Source: Klebsiella pneumoniae
Lineage (GTDB): Bacteria > Myxococcota_A > UBA796 > GCA-2862545
Direction of reading: 5' to 3'
Length of the DNA: 64,000 nt
Assembly (NCBI GenBank): GCA_945882675.1
Contig: CAMCWU010000001.1
Location: 763 to 64,762, forward strand
In this document: positions 45,439-53,835 of the stretch, piece after piece
Layout: every line of letters starts with the position of its first letter
Position numbering within the stretch: position 1 is the first letter of the stretch
Program-made: the position numbers and the translations under genes
The notes under the pieces: generated by a model
Told to the model about the DNA's origin: nothing
Databases searched by the model: none
Seen by the model: the letters and a program-made list of their open reading frames with translations, nothing else

Positions 45439-46269
45439 GTGGAGCCGCGACCTCTGACTGTGGCCGCCGTGCTCGCAGCTGCGCTCGCGGGCACGCTGGT
45501 CGCGACCGTCGCGGTGAACGCGGCGCTCCGCCGGTACGTGGGCATCCCGGTCGTGCGGGACGCGCACTGGCTGGAGCTGCCGGAAGGCCCGGCGATCCTG
45601 GTGGATGGCTACGAGACGGGTGACGGGTCGAGCGGCTATCGGTGGGCGCTCGTGGACGCGCGGTCGGGGGATGTGCTCGATCGCGCGGACTACGCGAAGT
45701 CGAAGCTTGCATCTGGTCTCCCGGGCGCGCCGCAGGTGGTGGCCGCCGGCGGGCCGCGGGCGCTCGTGGAAACGGGGGAGGGGATCCGGCTCGTGGACTG
45801 GTCGCTCGGCGACCCGGAGGCCGACCCGGCCGCGGTGTTCCCGCAGATCGCGCGTCCGTGGCGGATCCTGGCGGGGAGCGCGCCCGGCGTGGCCGTGGTG
45901 GAGGGCGCGGACGGGGCGCGGTGGGAGGTCGATCTCGCCGCCAGCGCCGCGCACCCCACGACCGAGAGCGTGCCGCTCGGGAGCCCGTACCGCCGTTGCT
46001 CGACCGACGCCGACGGCCCCCTCTGCGACGAGCGCACCTCGAAGAACGCGGCGTTCCCGGGCGGCGACCCGCTGGTGGTGCGCACGGACGGCGGCTCCGT
46101 GGTGCTCGCGCGCCTGGCCGACGGAAAACCGGTCTGGACCTGGGATTCTGGCGCCGCGGGCGACGTCGAGGTGTTCGGCGGCGAGACCGGGGGGTTCGTG
46201 GTGCGGATCGGGAACCGCCTCGTGGCGCTCGCGGGGGACGGGACGCGGGTGTGGGAGCGTCGCCTGTGA
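45439..46269 (+). CDS. Membrane-anchored hypothetical protein, 276 aa
   Basis: GTG start 12 nt after preA. N-terminal TM segment LTVAAVLAAALAGTLVATVAV. High GC3. I recognise no family. Confidence 0.6.
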   Translation: MEPRPLTVAAVLAAALAGTLVATVAVNAALRRYVGIPVVRDAHWLELPEGPAILVDGYETGDGSSGYRWALVDARSGDVLDRADYAKSKLASGLPGAPQVVAAGGPRALVETGEGIRLVDWSLGDPEADPAAVFPQIARPWRILAGSAPGVAVVEGADGARWEVDLAASAAHPTTESVPLGSPYRRCSTDADGPLCDERTSKNAAFPGGDPLVVRTDGGSVVLARLADGKPVWTWDSGAAGDVEVFGGETGGFVVRIGNRLVALAGDGTRVWERRL

Positions 46270-46610
46270 CGGGTCCGGTGAACGAACTGGGTCTGTCGCC
46301 GCTCGAGATCGAGTGCCTGCGAGCCGTCTGCGCGTCCCGCTGGCCAGACGTCGACCTGGACGCAGTCCGCGTACTGGGGCGCGCGAACACGGGGGTCGGA
46401 AAGTTCGTGATGCTCCAGGATGCCAACCAGGGACTACTGCCAGACGGATGGTACGAAGCGAGCAATCAGACGCTTTGGATGGAGGGGCTGGTCCATCCGC
46501 TCGACTTTGTCCTGATGGTAAGGGAAGGGCGGATGCACATGCTCGAGCTGGTCAGCGCCAGCCCGTCGTGGGATGGCGTGGAGCGCCCCTGGCGCGTGGA
46601 GACGTGGTGA
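46266..46610 (+). CDS. Small hypothetical protein, 114 aa, atypical codon composition
   Basis: GTG at 46266 overlaps the upstream stop (GTGA). By hand count 21 of 114 codons end in A or T, compared with 8 of 144 in the next gene. Confidence 0.5.
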   Translation: MTGPVNELGLSPLEIECLRAVCASRWPDVDLDAVRVLGRANTGVGKFVMLQDANQGLLPDGWYEASNQTLWMEGLVHPLDFVLMVREGRMHMLELVSASPSWDGVERPWRVETW

Positions 46611-46848
46611 CCGGTGCACACCGCGCTGGCAGCGGCCGGCAGTGGGTGGTGGGATGTACGTGCCGCGTGCCCGCGCGAGGGGGACCGAGGGGCGCCCGCG
46701 GTGAGCGGGCGGTCGCCGACCGGCCAGCCACCTCCCGCCGCAGCGGCAGCCGTCGGAACGGGCGGCGACGGAGGGCCTCCGGCCCGACCCCGGAGGGAGA
46801 CCGACGGCCGCAGGCCGGCGCGCCCATCTCCCCACCTGGCCGCGCGAA

Positions 46849-46857
46849 TGGTAGCAT
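46849..46857 (+). promoter_or_regulatory. Extended -10-like element TGgTAGCAT placed for a leaderless transcript
   Basis: The element ends 5 nt before the A of the ATG at 46863. No SD is possible in between. Confidence 0.3.
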
Positions 46858-46862
46858 CCCCC

Positions 46863-47297
46863 ATGACCGCGGACATCGTCGTTCTCCGCATGCCGCTCTA
46901 CAAGAACCCGTTCCTGTGGCTCGGCGGCGCGAGCGGGCTGACGCTCACGGCCGCGATCGCCTCGGACGAGGGGACGCTCTCGGCGCCGGTGCTCGTGAGC
47001 GCGGGGATCACGGCGGCGCTGGTGTTCTTCGCCGTCCTGTTGTACAGAGCGAAGCTCACGATCGGGCCGGTGGGGTTCCGGGAGCAGATGCCGTTCTGGC
47101 TCGACGTCGAGTACACGTGGGCGGACGTCTCCGCGTTCTACATCCGCACCGACGAAGAGGCGCTCGACGCGATCGCCTACGTGGTGGACGGCGGCCAGCA
47201 GATCGTCGCGGGGGCATACCCGGGGTCGCTCCTGGGCCTGTGCGAGCGCCTGAACGTGGCGCGGGAGCGGGCGCTGACTCGAGAGGTTCGAACGTAG
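46863..47297 (+). CDS. Small membrane protein, 144 aa
   Basis: Two hydrophobic segments (FLWLGGASGLTLTAAIA and VLVSAGITAALVFFAVLLY). Codon bias rises sharply after 46863. Alternative starts are ATG at 46848 or GTG at 46614. Confidence 0.6.
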   Translation: MTADIVVLRMPLYKNPFLWLGGASGLTLTAAIASDEGTLSAPVLVSAGITAALVFFAVLLYRAKLTIGPVGFREQMPFWLDVEYTWADVSAFYIRTDEEALDAIAYVVDGGQQIVAGAYPGSLLGLCERLNVARERALTREVRT

Positions 47298-47510
47298 ATC
47301 TGGGGGGCTCGAGCCCATGCCGGTCTGGCGGGGCTCCGGTCCGTGCGCTCCGACAGCGGACGCCGCGGGGCCGCGGAGAGGATCGGACATTCATCGTCTC
47401 GAAGGCGGGGCGCCAGCGCCCAGGCGGCCGATCGCGCCCGTGCCCCGCCCTCCGCCACGAGATTGACACGCGCCTGACGAAGACAAATCCGGCGGATCGT
47501 AGGAGCGCGG

Positions 47511-47519
47511 TGGTATCTT
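47511..47519 (+). promoter_or_regulatory. Extended -10-like element TGgTATCTT upstream of the DUF1501 gene
   Basis: Lies 14-20 nt upstream of the GTG at 47533 and the ATG at 47539. A TTGACA at 47463-47468 is too far away to pair with it. Confidence 0.3.
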
Positions 47520-47532
47520 CTCCGCCTGGGGG

Positions 47533-49053
47533 GTGGTCATGCACCGTCGCGAGTTCCTCAAGCGCGGAGCCGGCGTAGCCGGTCTGGGGTTGCTACCCGC
47601 GCCAGCGTTCGCGTCGTTCGGGGACGCCCCCGACGTGGCGAGCATCGGCCAGCTGCTCGGGCCGGGAGACCGAGCTGAGCGGTGCCTGGAGGTCTACCTC
47701 TACGGCGGCATCGCGTCGTTCGAGTCCTTCTACGTAGCGGAGGACAACGGCCGCCCCGACGACCCGGATCCGGCGCTGCGGAAGACCCAGTGGTACCTCT
47801 TCAACGAAGAGCACCAGCAGGTCTTCGGCAACGACTGCAACCTCGGCGACGACCCGAGCACCTGGCTGACCGAGCTCGGGGTCGACTCCGCGGGCAAGAC
47901 CATCAAGATCGGCCCGATGGCGCAGGCGCTCGCCACGCGGACGGACATCCTCGACCGCACGCGCGTGGTGGTGCTCCGGCACGACTTCGAGCCCCACGAG
48001 TCCGCGGTCCCCCAGGCCATGTGCGGATTGCGGCTCGGTAACCCGCGTATGGCGGGCTTCGGCGCGCACGTCCAACGGTACTGGCAGGAGCGGGACGCCA
48101 CGGGCCGCGTCGTGCCGTTCAGCTTCGTGTTCACGCCGAGCCAGGCGACCGCCCAGTTCAACACGCAGACCGCCATGAGCGTCGGCATGCACCCGGGGTC
48201 GGCCCGGCCGCTGAACATCAAGGCGTCGGACAACATGAACCTGTCGGAGCTCCTCGGGCGCGAGCTCATCGGGGCGGACGCCGACCGGGTGAACGCGCTC
48301 ATGCAGCGCTACGCCTCCAGCGGGGCGGGCCGCTACGTGGATTCCACCGGGGCGCCCCTGCGGAGCCGCGCGGTCGCCGAGCATCAGTTCGCGATCGACG
48401 CGCTCGCCAACGCGCCGGCGCTCCAGAGCGTGCTCCCGCCGACCATGTTCGTCGTCGAGAACGGCAGGGTGTGCGGCGTCACGCGCACCGGGACCTCCGC
48501 CATGGTGCTCGACGCGAGCATCGACCTGCTCACGAACCCCGTGACGCCCGCGAAGTACGTGTCCTGCGTCGACGGCGGATCCGAGTTCTACGGCGATCTC
48601 CCGTACGATACGCACAGCGCGCACCTGTCCATCGTCTCGAAGAATATGTCCACGCTGTTCAAGCGGCTCGCCGCGCGGATCAACGAGCCCGGCGAAGGCG
48701 ACCCGACCAAGCTCGACCTCGACGACACGCTCATCATCATCACGGCCGAGTTCGGCCGCACGCCGTACGCCCAGTTCGAAGGCGCCAACGGGACGAACCA
48801 CCACCCCCACGGGTACGTGAGCGTCCTCATCGGCGGGCCGGTGCAGAAGGGCGTGACCGGTAGCATCGGGCCGGACGGCTACGGCGAAGACTACGTGACC
48901 CCGGCCGAGTTCCGGGCGGGCGCGCTGGCCGCCCTCGGCATCTATCCGTTCGCTGCTGACTCCTTCGCCGTGGGTGACCTGCCGAACAGCGGCGCGCCGA
49001 ACGAGCTCGACAGTCTGGTGTGGCTCAACGAGCACATCCTCGGGAGGGTGTGA
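47533..49053 (+). CDS. DUF1501-family (sulfatase-fold) protein with twin-arginine signal, 506 aa
   Basis: HRREFLKRGAGVAGLGLLPAPAFA is a Tat motif. The C-terminal ITAEFGRTPYAQFEGANGTNHHPHG is typical of DUF1501. Confidence 0.85.
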   Translation: MVMHRREFLKRGAGVAGLGLLPAPAFASFGDAPDVASIGQLLGPGDRAERCLEVYLYGGIASFESFYVAEDNGRPDDPDPALRKTQWYLFNEEHQQVFGNDCNLGDDPSTWLTELGVDSAGKTIKIGPMAQALATRTDILDRTRVVVLRHDFEPHESAVPQAMCGLRLGNPRMAGFGAHVQRYWQERDATGRVVPFSFVFTPSQATAQFNTQTAMSVGMHPGSARPLNIKASDNMNLSELLGRELIGADADRVNALMQRYASSGAGRYVDSTGAPLRSRAVAEHQFAIDALANAPALQSVLPPTMFVVENGRVCGVTRTGTSAMVLDASIDLLTNPVTPAKYVSCVDGGSEFYGDLPYDTHSAHLSIVSKNMSTLFKRLAARINEPGEGDPTKLDLDDTLIIITAEFGRTPYAQFEGANGTNHHPHGYVSVLIGGPVQKGVTGSIGPDGYGEDYVTPAEFRAGALAALGIYPFAADSFAVGDLPNSGAPNELDSLVWLNEHILGRV

Positions 49054-51071
49054 TGATCCTGCTCCTCACCTTGTTCTCTTGCGGTGGCGACGTCGTGAAG
49101 CCGGGCAACCCGCCGGGCACGGACGATCCGCCGATCGTCGACGGGACGACCACCCCCCCCGAGCCGACCGTCCCGGTCGAGCCCGAGCTCCCCGAATCCT
49201 GCGACGCGGGCGACGAGATCTGGGTCCAGCGCGTGTTCCCGCTCGTCCTGGGCCGCCGGGCGGAGGGCGCCGCGGAGGTCGGCATGTGGACCGAGATGGT
49301 CCGCCTGCACGGGCGCGCCGAGACCGTCCGCGCGCTCAGCCGCGACGGGGCGTTCCAGCAACACTGGAAGTCGTTCCTCCTCGACACGCTCAAAGTCGCG
49401 CGCACCGGCGCGGACTTCGACGCCGACTGCTGGGAGTACGGCGATCTCGCCGTCCACGACGGGTCGCTCGCCGAGTTCGTGCGGGACACGGACGCGGACG
49501 AGGATATGTTCGGCAAGCCCTGGAATATGGCGGATCTGACGATCGACGCCCTGGTGCTCGACGACATCTCCGTGCTGTACCGCGCCAACGTGTTCGCGCG
49601 GACCAACTATGTGCCGTACTGCGGGAACAACACGGGTCCGGAGCAGATCGAGGGCGAGCGGCGCGTCGCGCTCGGCGACGACTTCCTCTCGACCTACACG
49701 AACCGCAACCTCACCTGCGTGACCTGCCACAACTCCGAGTACTCGGTCACGGACGACGTGGATCCGGCGCTCGACCGCACGTGGGGCGAGCCCGCCTTGT
49801 TCGAGAAGGCGATGTTCGGCGACTCGTACGGCCCGACGGATGTAGACGGCTTCTACTCGGCGTTCAAGTTCGAGGGCGTCGTACAGGACGAGTTCGGCGG
49901 CGGCGGCGGCGGCGACTTCACGGCGGAGCCCTGGGGCTGGGCGCAGTCCTGCGGGCAGTTCGATCGGAAGCCGCCGGTCAACGACTTCCTCGGGATCGGG
50001 GACGGCTACTTCCTGGGGGACATTAGCGCCAAGACGTCCCTGTGGGAGGTGGAGGCTTCGCTGCAGGAAGGAATCGACGACCTGGGCGCCACCGGGCTCG
50101 TGATCGAGGCCGACGGCACCGTGAGCCCCGAGCAGGCCCTCGCGTGGCTCACGGCGAAGAACCTGGTGGACCAGGTGTGGACGGTGGCATTCGGCCGCGC
50201 GCTGACGCTGCCGTACGGCTTCTCGCGGAACGAGCCGCAGCAGGTCCGCCTGCAGGCGCTGACGGAGCAGTTCGCGACGGACGGCTGGTCGCTGCGCGAG
50301 CTGCTCGTGGGAATCTCCACGGACCCGTACTTCAACGCCGGCCTCCCCGCGACCTGCGGTGGACCGGCGTACGGGATGGACCCGGTCGTGGACCCGTACA
50401 CGCCGGACGACCCGGACCCGGCGATCCAGGGCAACGGGCCCGGCGATCTCGTGCACAGGCACCGCGCGCGGACCTTGCTGCAGAGCGCCAACCATGCGCT
50501 CGGCTGGGGCGACCCGGAGGCGTTCTTCAACGCCGGCGGGTTCGCCGACGCCGGCGAGGAAGATCTGCAGGAGGCCGTCGGCGTGTTCCTGAGCAGCGCG
50601 CAGGCGGGCTTCAACGGCATCGACTTCCAGGGGCTGCTGGCGTGGGAGTCCACGTACGGCCTGTGCAGCGACGACAGCGTCCCGCGGGACATGATCGCGC
50701 AGGTGATGGCGGACGGCGTGGCGCAGTCCGCGACCGTGGAGGACGCAGCGCTCACGATCAAGGACCGCCTGGTCGGCCGCGGGAGCTGGGAAGACGCCGA
50801 CGAGACCGCGGACGTGGAGGCGTTGCTGGGCACGAGCCTGTCGACCCCGCTCGCGGACCTGTCGGCCGGCAGCCCAGTCCCCCGCAACCTGCGCCTGTTC
50901 TGCGGCCTGCTCACGGTTTCGCCGGAGTTCCAGCTCGCGGGCGAGCCGCAGCCGGTCGGACCGATCCCGAAGATCGACCTGGGTCGCGGCCTCGCCTGCG
51001 ACCGCCTGGTCGAGCTGTGGGACCGCCAGGGCGTGGACGTGGACTGCGTGGACGCCTTCCCCGTCGAGTAG
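49053..51071 (+). CDS. Lipoprotein with a CxxCH motif and DUF1553-like region (DUF1549/DUF1553-type partner of DUF1501), 672 aa
   Basis: ATG at 49053 overlaps the upstream stop. MILLLTLFSCGG lipobox. Contains NRNLTCVTCHNSEY. The stretch KNLVDQVWTVAFGRALTLPYGFSRNEPQQVRLQALTEQFATDGWSLRELLVGISTDPYF resembles the DUF1553 core. The family call is from memory. Confidence 0.75.
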   Translation: MILLLTLFSCGGDVVKPGNPPGTDDPPIVDGTTTPPEPTVPVEPELPESCDAGDEIWVQRVFPLVLGRRAEGAAEVGMWTEMVRLHGRAETVRALSRDGAFQQHWKSFLLDTLKVARTGADFDADCWEYGDLAVHDGSLAEFVRDTDADEDMFGKPWNMADLTIDALVLDDISVLYRANVFARTNYVPYCGNNTGPEQIEGERRVALGDDFLSTYTNRNLTCVTCHNSEYSVTDDVDPALDRTWGEPALFEKAMFGDSYGPTDVDGFYSAFKFEGVVQDEFGGGGGGDFTAEPWGWAQSCGQFDRKPPVNDFLGIGDGYFLGDISAKTSLWEVEASLQEGIDDLGATGLVIEADGTVSPEQALAWLTAKNLVDQVWTVAFGRALTLPYGFSRNEPQQVRLQALTEQFATDGWSLRELLVGISTDPYFNAGLPATCGGPAYGMDPVVDPYTPDDPDPAIQGNGPGDLVHRHRARTLLQSANHALGWGDPEAFFNAGGFADAGEEDLQEAVGVFLSSAQAGFNGIDFQGLLAWESTYGLCSDDSVPRDMIAQVMADGVAQSATVEDAALTIKDRLVGRGSWEDADETADVEALLGTSLSTPLADLSAGSPVPRNLRLFCGLLTVSPEFQLAGEPQPVGPIPKIDLGRGLACDRLVELWDRQGVDVDCVDAFPVE

Positions 51072-51092
51072 GGTGTCCGGTCGGCCAGCAGC

Positions 51093-51863
51093 CTAGACGG
51101 ACCCGTGGTGGAGCGCGTACAGCGCGCCCTGCGGGTCCGTGAGCATGGCGACGACGCCGCCGCCCGGGATCTCCATCGGTCCGCTGAGGAGGGTAGCCCC
51201 GGCTTCCTGCGCGGCGGCGACGGCGGTGGGCACGTCCTCTACGTGGAAGTACTGGCACCACGCCGACCGGGGCGTTCCCGGCGGCAGGCCCATGAAGCCG
51301 GCCAAGCCGCTGGTCCCCGGCGTGCCCACGATCCGGTACGCCCCCATGTCCCCCATGTCCATGCGCGAGAGCTCCACCCAGCCGAACAGCGCGGCGTAGA
51401 AGCGGAGCGCGGCGTCCGGGTCGGATGTCATGAGCTCGGACCACGCGACCTCTCCCCGGCCGGGCTGCGGCTTGGGCTCCGTGGGGTTCGCGGTATGGAA
51501 CGCGGCGAACACCGCCCCCGTGGGGTCCTCCAACACCGCCCAGCGGCCCGTACCCGGAGCGGTCACGGCCGGGGTGACCAGCTTGCCGCCCAGCGACTCC
51601 GCGAGCGCGACGGTGGCGTCCACGTCCGCCGTGGTGTGATACCCGATCCAGTGCGGCCCGTCCCCCGCCGCGCGCCCGCGCTCCGGCGCGTCCATCACGC
51701 CGCCGACGAGCTGCTCCGCGCCCTTGAGCATGGTGTACGTGAAGCCTTCCCCCTGGAAGTCTTCGCGGGTGAAGCCGACGACCCTGCCGTAGTGGGCCAG
51801 GGCGTCTGCCACGCTGGAGGTGACGAGATCGAGCCAGATGATGCGGCCGTCGGAAACGGACAT
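51093..51863 (-). CDS. Two-domain VOC/glyoxalase-family protein
   Basis: ATG at 51863 follows GGAG (6-nt spacer). Sequence MSVSDGRIIWLDLVTSSVADALAHYGRVVGF... is followed by a second repeat EVAWSELMTSDPDAALRFYAALFGW. The track start, GTG at 51902, is also possible. Confidence 0.8.
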   Translation of the reverse strand: MSVSDGRIIWLDLVTSSVADALAHYGRVVGFTREDFQGEGFTYTMLKGAEQLVGGVMDAPERGRAAGDGPHWIGYHTTADVDATVALAESLGGKLVTPAVTAPGTGRWAVLEDPTGAVFAAFHTANPTEPKPQPGRGEVAWSELMTSDPDAALRFYAALFGWVELSRMDMGDMGAYRIVGTPGTSGLAGFMGLPPGTPRSAWCQYFHVEDVPTAVAAAQEAGATLLSGPMEIPGGGVVAMLTDPQGALYALHHGSV

Positions 51864-51908
51864 GGAGAGCTCCAGGGAGAAGGTGGGCGTGACAACGGTC
51901 ACGCGCGG

Positions 51909-51936
51909 ATTGTAACCATCCGTCCCCAGGCGTCAA
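51909..51936 (-). promoter_or_regulatory. Sigma70-type promoter for the VOC gene
   Basis: Minus strand reads TTGACG (51936-51931), 16-nt spacer, TACAAT (51914-51909), preceded by TGGT. The predicted TSS is about 38 nt upstream of the ATG at 51863. Confidence 0.5.
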
Positions 51937-51943
51937 GACGTAT

Positions 51944-51957
51944 GTTCAGTGCTGAAC
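51944..51957. repeat. Inverted repeat GTTCAG-tg-CTGAAC (6-2-6), candidate operator or weak terminator
   Basis: Lies 8-21 nt upstream of the -35 element above and 14 nt after the stop of the upstream lipoprotein gene. The loop is too short for a good terminator. Confidence 0.3.
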
Positions 51958-51970
51958 GGACGTTACCCGC

Positions 51971-52189
51971 TCACTCGGCCACCACGGCGTACTCGGCCTC
52001 CCACACCTGGCCGGCGTCATCCGTCCAGGTGACGATCACGGTGTCGGCGGTGATCTCCACCTCGCCGTCGGTGATCTCCTGCCCAGCGTCGAGCGGCCAG
52101 ATGCCGCGCGCGATCGGCCCCGCCTCGCACGCGCAGTTGACGCCGGCGCAGCCCGAGAGCAGGGCGACGAGCACGAGCATCGCCCGCAT
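51971..52189 (-). CDS. Small lipoprotein, 72 aa
   Basis: MRAMLVLVALLSGCAGVNCACEAG lipobox. The ATG at 52189 overlaps the upstream stop by 1 nt and follows GGAGG. Confidence 0.6.
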   Translation of the reverse strand: MRAMLVLVALLSGCAGVNCACEAGPIARGIWPLDAGQEITDGEVEITADTVIVTWTDDAGQVWEAEYAVVAE

Positions 52190-52473
52190 CACTCACCTCC
52201 GAAGGCGATGGTGGTCTCGCTCGACGGGTCGTACAGGCCGCCGTAGTACTCGTTCGCGTAGACCTGGAGCTCGGCGGGCCACAGGGCCTCCGCGGCCGCC
52301 TGCTCCTCGTCGCTCGGGGCGCTCGCCGGGTCCACGCGACGCACCTCCACGAGCTCGGCCGTGACCTCGGGGATCGCGCAGTCGCACGCCCCCGCCTGCT
52401 CCGGCCACGCCGCCGCCACCAGAGCTCCCACGCCCCCTATCGCGACCCCTGCCACCCAGATCCTCGTCCGCAT
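52189..52473 (-). CDS. Small secreted protein, 94 aa
   Basis: The internal ATG at 52473 is preceded by GGTGGAGG. MRTRIWVAGVAIGGVGALVAAAWPEQAGA is a signal peptide, followed by CDCAIPEV. Confidence 0.6.
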   Translation of the reverse strand: MRTRIWVAGVAIGGVGALVAAAWPEQAGACDCAIPEVTAELVEVRRVDPASAPSDEEQAAAEALWPAELQVYANEYYGGLYDPSSETTIAFGGE

Positions 52474-52570
52474 GCAGACCTCCACCATGGCGGGAAGCAA
52501 GTCGGATGCCAATGGTCGCACCCTCGCTTTCAGAGGAGGGTCCAGGCGGTCCGCGACGCCCGTGTCGCGG

Positions 52571-53755
52571 TCAGCGCCGCCGGCGGATCAGGAACAGGAG
52601 CCCGGCGAGCCACGCGACGGAAGGGCCGCGCGCGCTGGCGCAGCCGCAGCTCTTCACCTCGGACTCCGCAACGGGGATCACGTCCACGCCGTCGTCCGCG
52701 TCCGGCGTGCCCGTGTCCTCCGGGAGCCAGCCTTCGCCGCCGAGCTGCATGCGGAACGAGGGCGCGGTCGGGTCGTTGCTCTCGAACACCAGCTCCGCGC
52801 TCGCGGTGCCCACGAGGGACGGCTCGAAGTCCACGGTCACGCCGTCGAGCCCGGCCGGCGGGATGTACATCCGGTCCGGATACACCGTGAAGCCGGGATC
52901 TCCCTCGATCCGGAGCGTGCCGTCCACCGCGAGCTCTCCCGCGTTCGGCAGCGGGAGCTCGAGCGTCCGGCGCTCGCCCACCTGGACCACGCCGAAGTCG
53001 TGCGCGTCCAGGGTCGGGCGGAACGCGGGCAGCGGGTGGCTGTACGGCCCGCTGGAGAGCGACTTGACCACGTCGACGTCCACGAGCGTGACCGGGATCG
53101 GGAAGGAGATGAGCTGGAAGCTCCCGATCCAGGTGTCTACAGTGGCGGTCGGCTCGAGAACCACCGAGAGCAGGCTGTACGCCTGGACTGCCGCGATCGT
53201 CTCGAGGTCCATGGACGCCGGCGACCCCGCCGGGAGCGACGCGGCGGCCGCCGCGCCGTCCGTGAGCTGGAGCCAGGACCCGCCGTCCTGCTGGGTGGTC
53301 GTCAGGGAAGTGGCGGTGAACGTGGTCTCCAGGCGGGGCGTGACCTCCACGCTGAGCTGCAGGTCCACGCCCGTGATCACCGCGATGTCGAACTCGAACG
53401 GAGGCACGAGCGCCGGATCGTCCACGATCACCGTGATCGGCTGCCCGAGGGCCGGCGGGTCGAAGGTCTCCGTGCCGTCCAGCCGGAGGGTCTGGCCCGC
53501 GAGCGGCACCACGTACGTGCCCAGGAGACCGAGGTTGATCTGCGCCTCCGTCGTGATCTCGACGCTCGCCTCCACGTCGAGGTAGCCGCTCCCGGGCGTG
53601 CCGGTGATCCCGTGCCCGACGGGCGACCACGTGAGATCGCTGGTCCCGTCCCAACCGTACGAGATCCCGCCCGTCGGCGTCACCGAGAAGCGCACCGAGA
53701 TCGGGTCGCTCGGGGAGAGCTGCCAGCCCGTGTCGAACGCGAGGCTCGTGAACAC
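52571..53755 (-). CDS. Cell-surface protein with choice-of-anchor-D-like Ig module and MYXO-CTERM tail (5' end uncertain, probably extends to about 53851)
   Basis: The C-terminus is KSCGCASARGPSVAWLAGLLFLIRRRR. Contains HDFGVVQVGERRTLELPLPNAGELAV. The first canonical start (GTG at 53755) lacks a signal peptide, but the in-frame upstream sequence encodes LAGVLTGLLLLAAVARA. Confidence 0.8.
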   Translation of the reverse strand: MFTSLAFDTGWQLSPSDPISVRFSVTPTGGISYGWDGTSDLTWSPVGHGITGTPGSGYLDVEASVEITTEAQINLGLLGTYVVPLAGQTLRLDGTETFDPPALGQPITVIVDDPALVPPFEFDIAVITGVDLQLSVEVTPRLETTFTATSLTTTQQDGGSWLQLTDGAAAAASLPAGSPASMDLETIAAVQAYSLLSVVLEPTATVDTWIGSFQLISFPIPVTLVDVDVVKSLSSGPYSHPLPAFRPTLDAHDFGVVQVGERRTLELPLPNAGELAVDGTLRIEGDPGFTVYPDRMYIPPAGLDGVTVDFEPSLVGTASAELVFESNDPTAPSFRMQLGGEGWLPEDTGTPDADDGVDVIPVAESEVKSCGCASARGPSVAWLAGLLFLIRRRR

Positions 53756-53835
53756 AGGGTCGACATCTTCGAAAGTGACGGCTCGCGGCTCGGACTCCCA
53801 GGCCCGGGCTACGGCGGCGAGGAGCAGCAGGCCGG

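Noticed and set aside
46614-46862. Long Pro/Ala/Gly/Arg-rich N-terminal extension of the membrane protein (track ORF 46614-47297)
   Set aside because: 19 of 83 codons end in A or T, versus 8 of 144 downstream (hand counts). The composition is low-complexity, and a promoter-like element sits at 46849-46857.
47305-47316. Perfect 12-bp palindrome GGGCTCGAGCCC just after the stop at 47297, as a terminator
   Set aside because: There is no loop and no U-tract. It is too short to call either as a terminator or as an operator.
49896-49913. (GGC)6 microsatellite as a phase-variation switch
   Set aside because: It is in frame (encodes GGGGGG), and its unit length of 3 cannot shift the reading frame. 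At most it gives length polymorphism.
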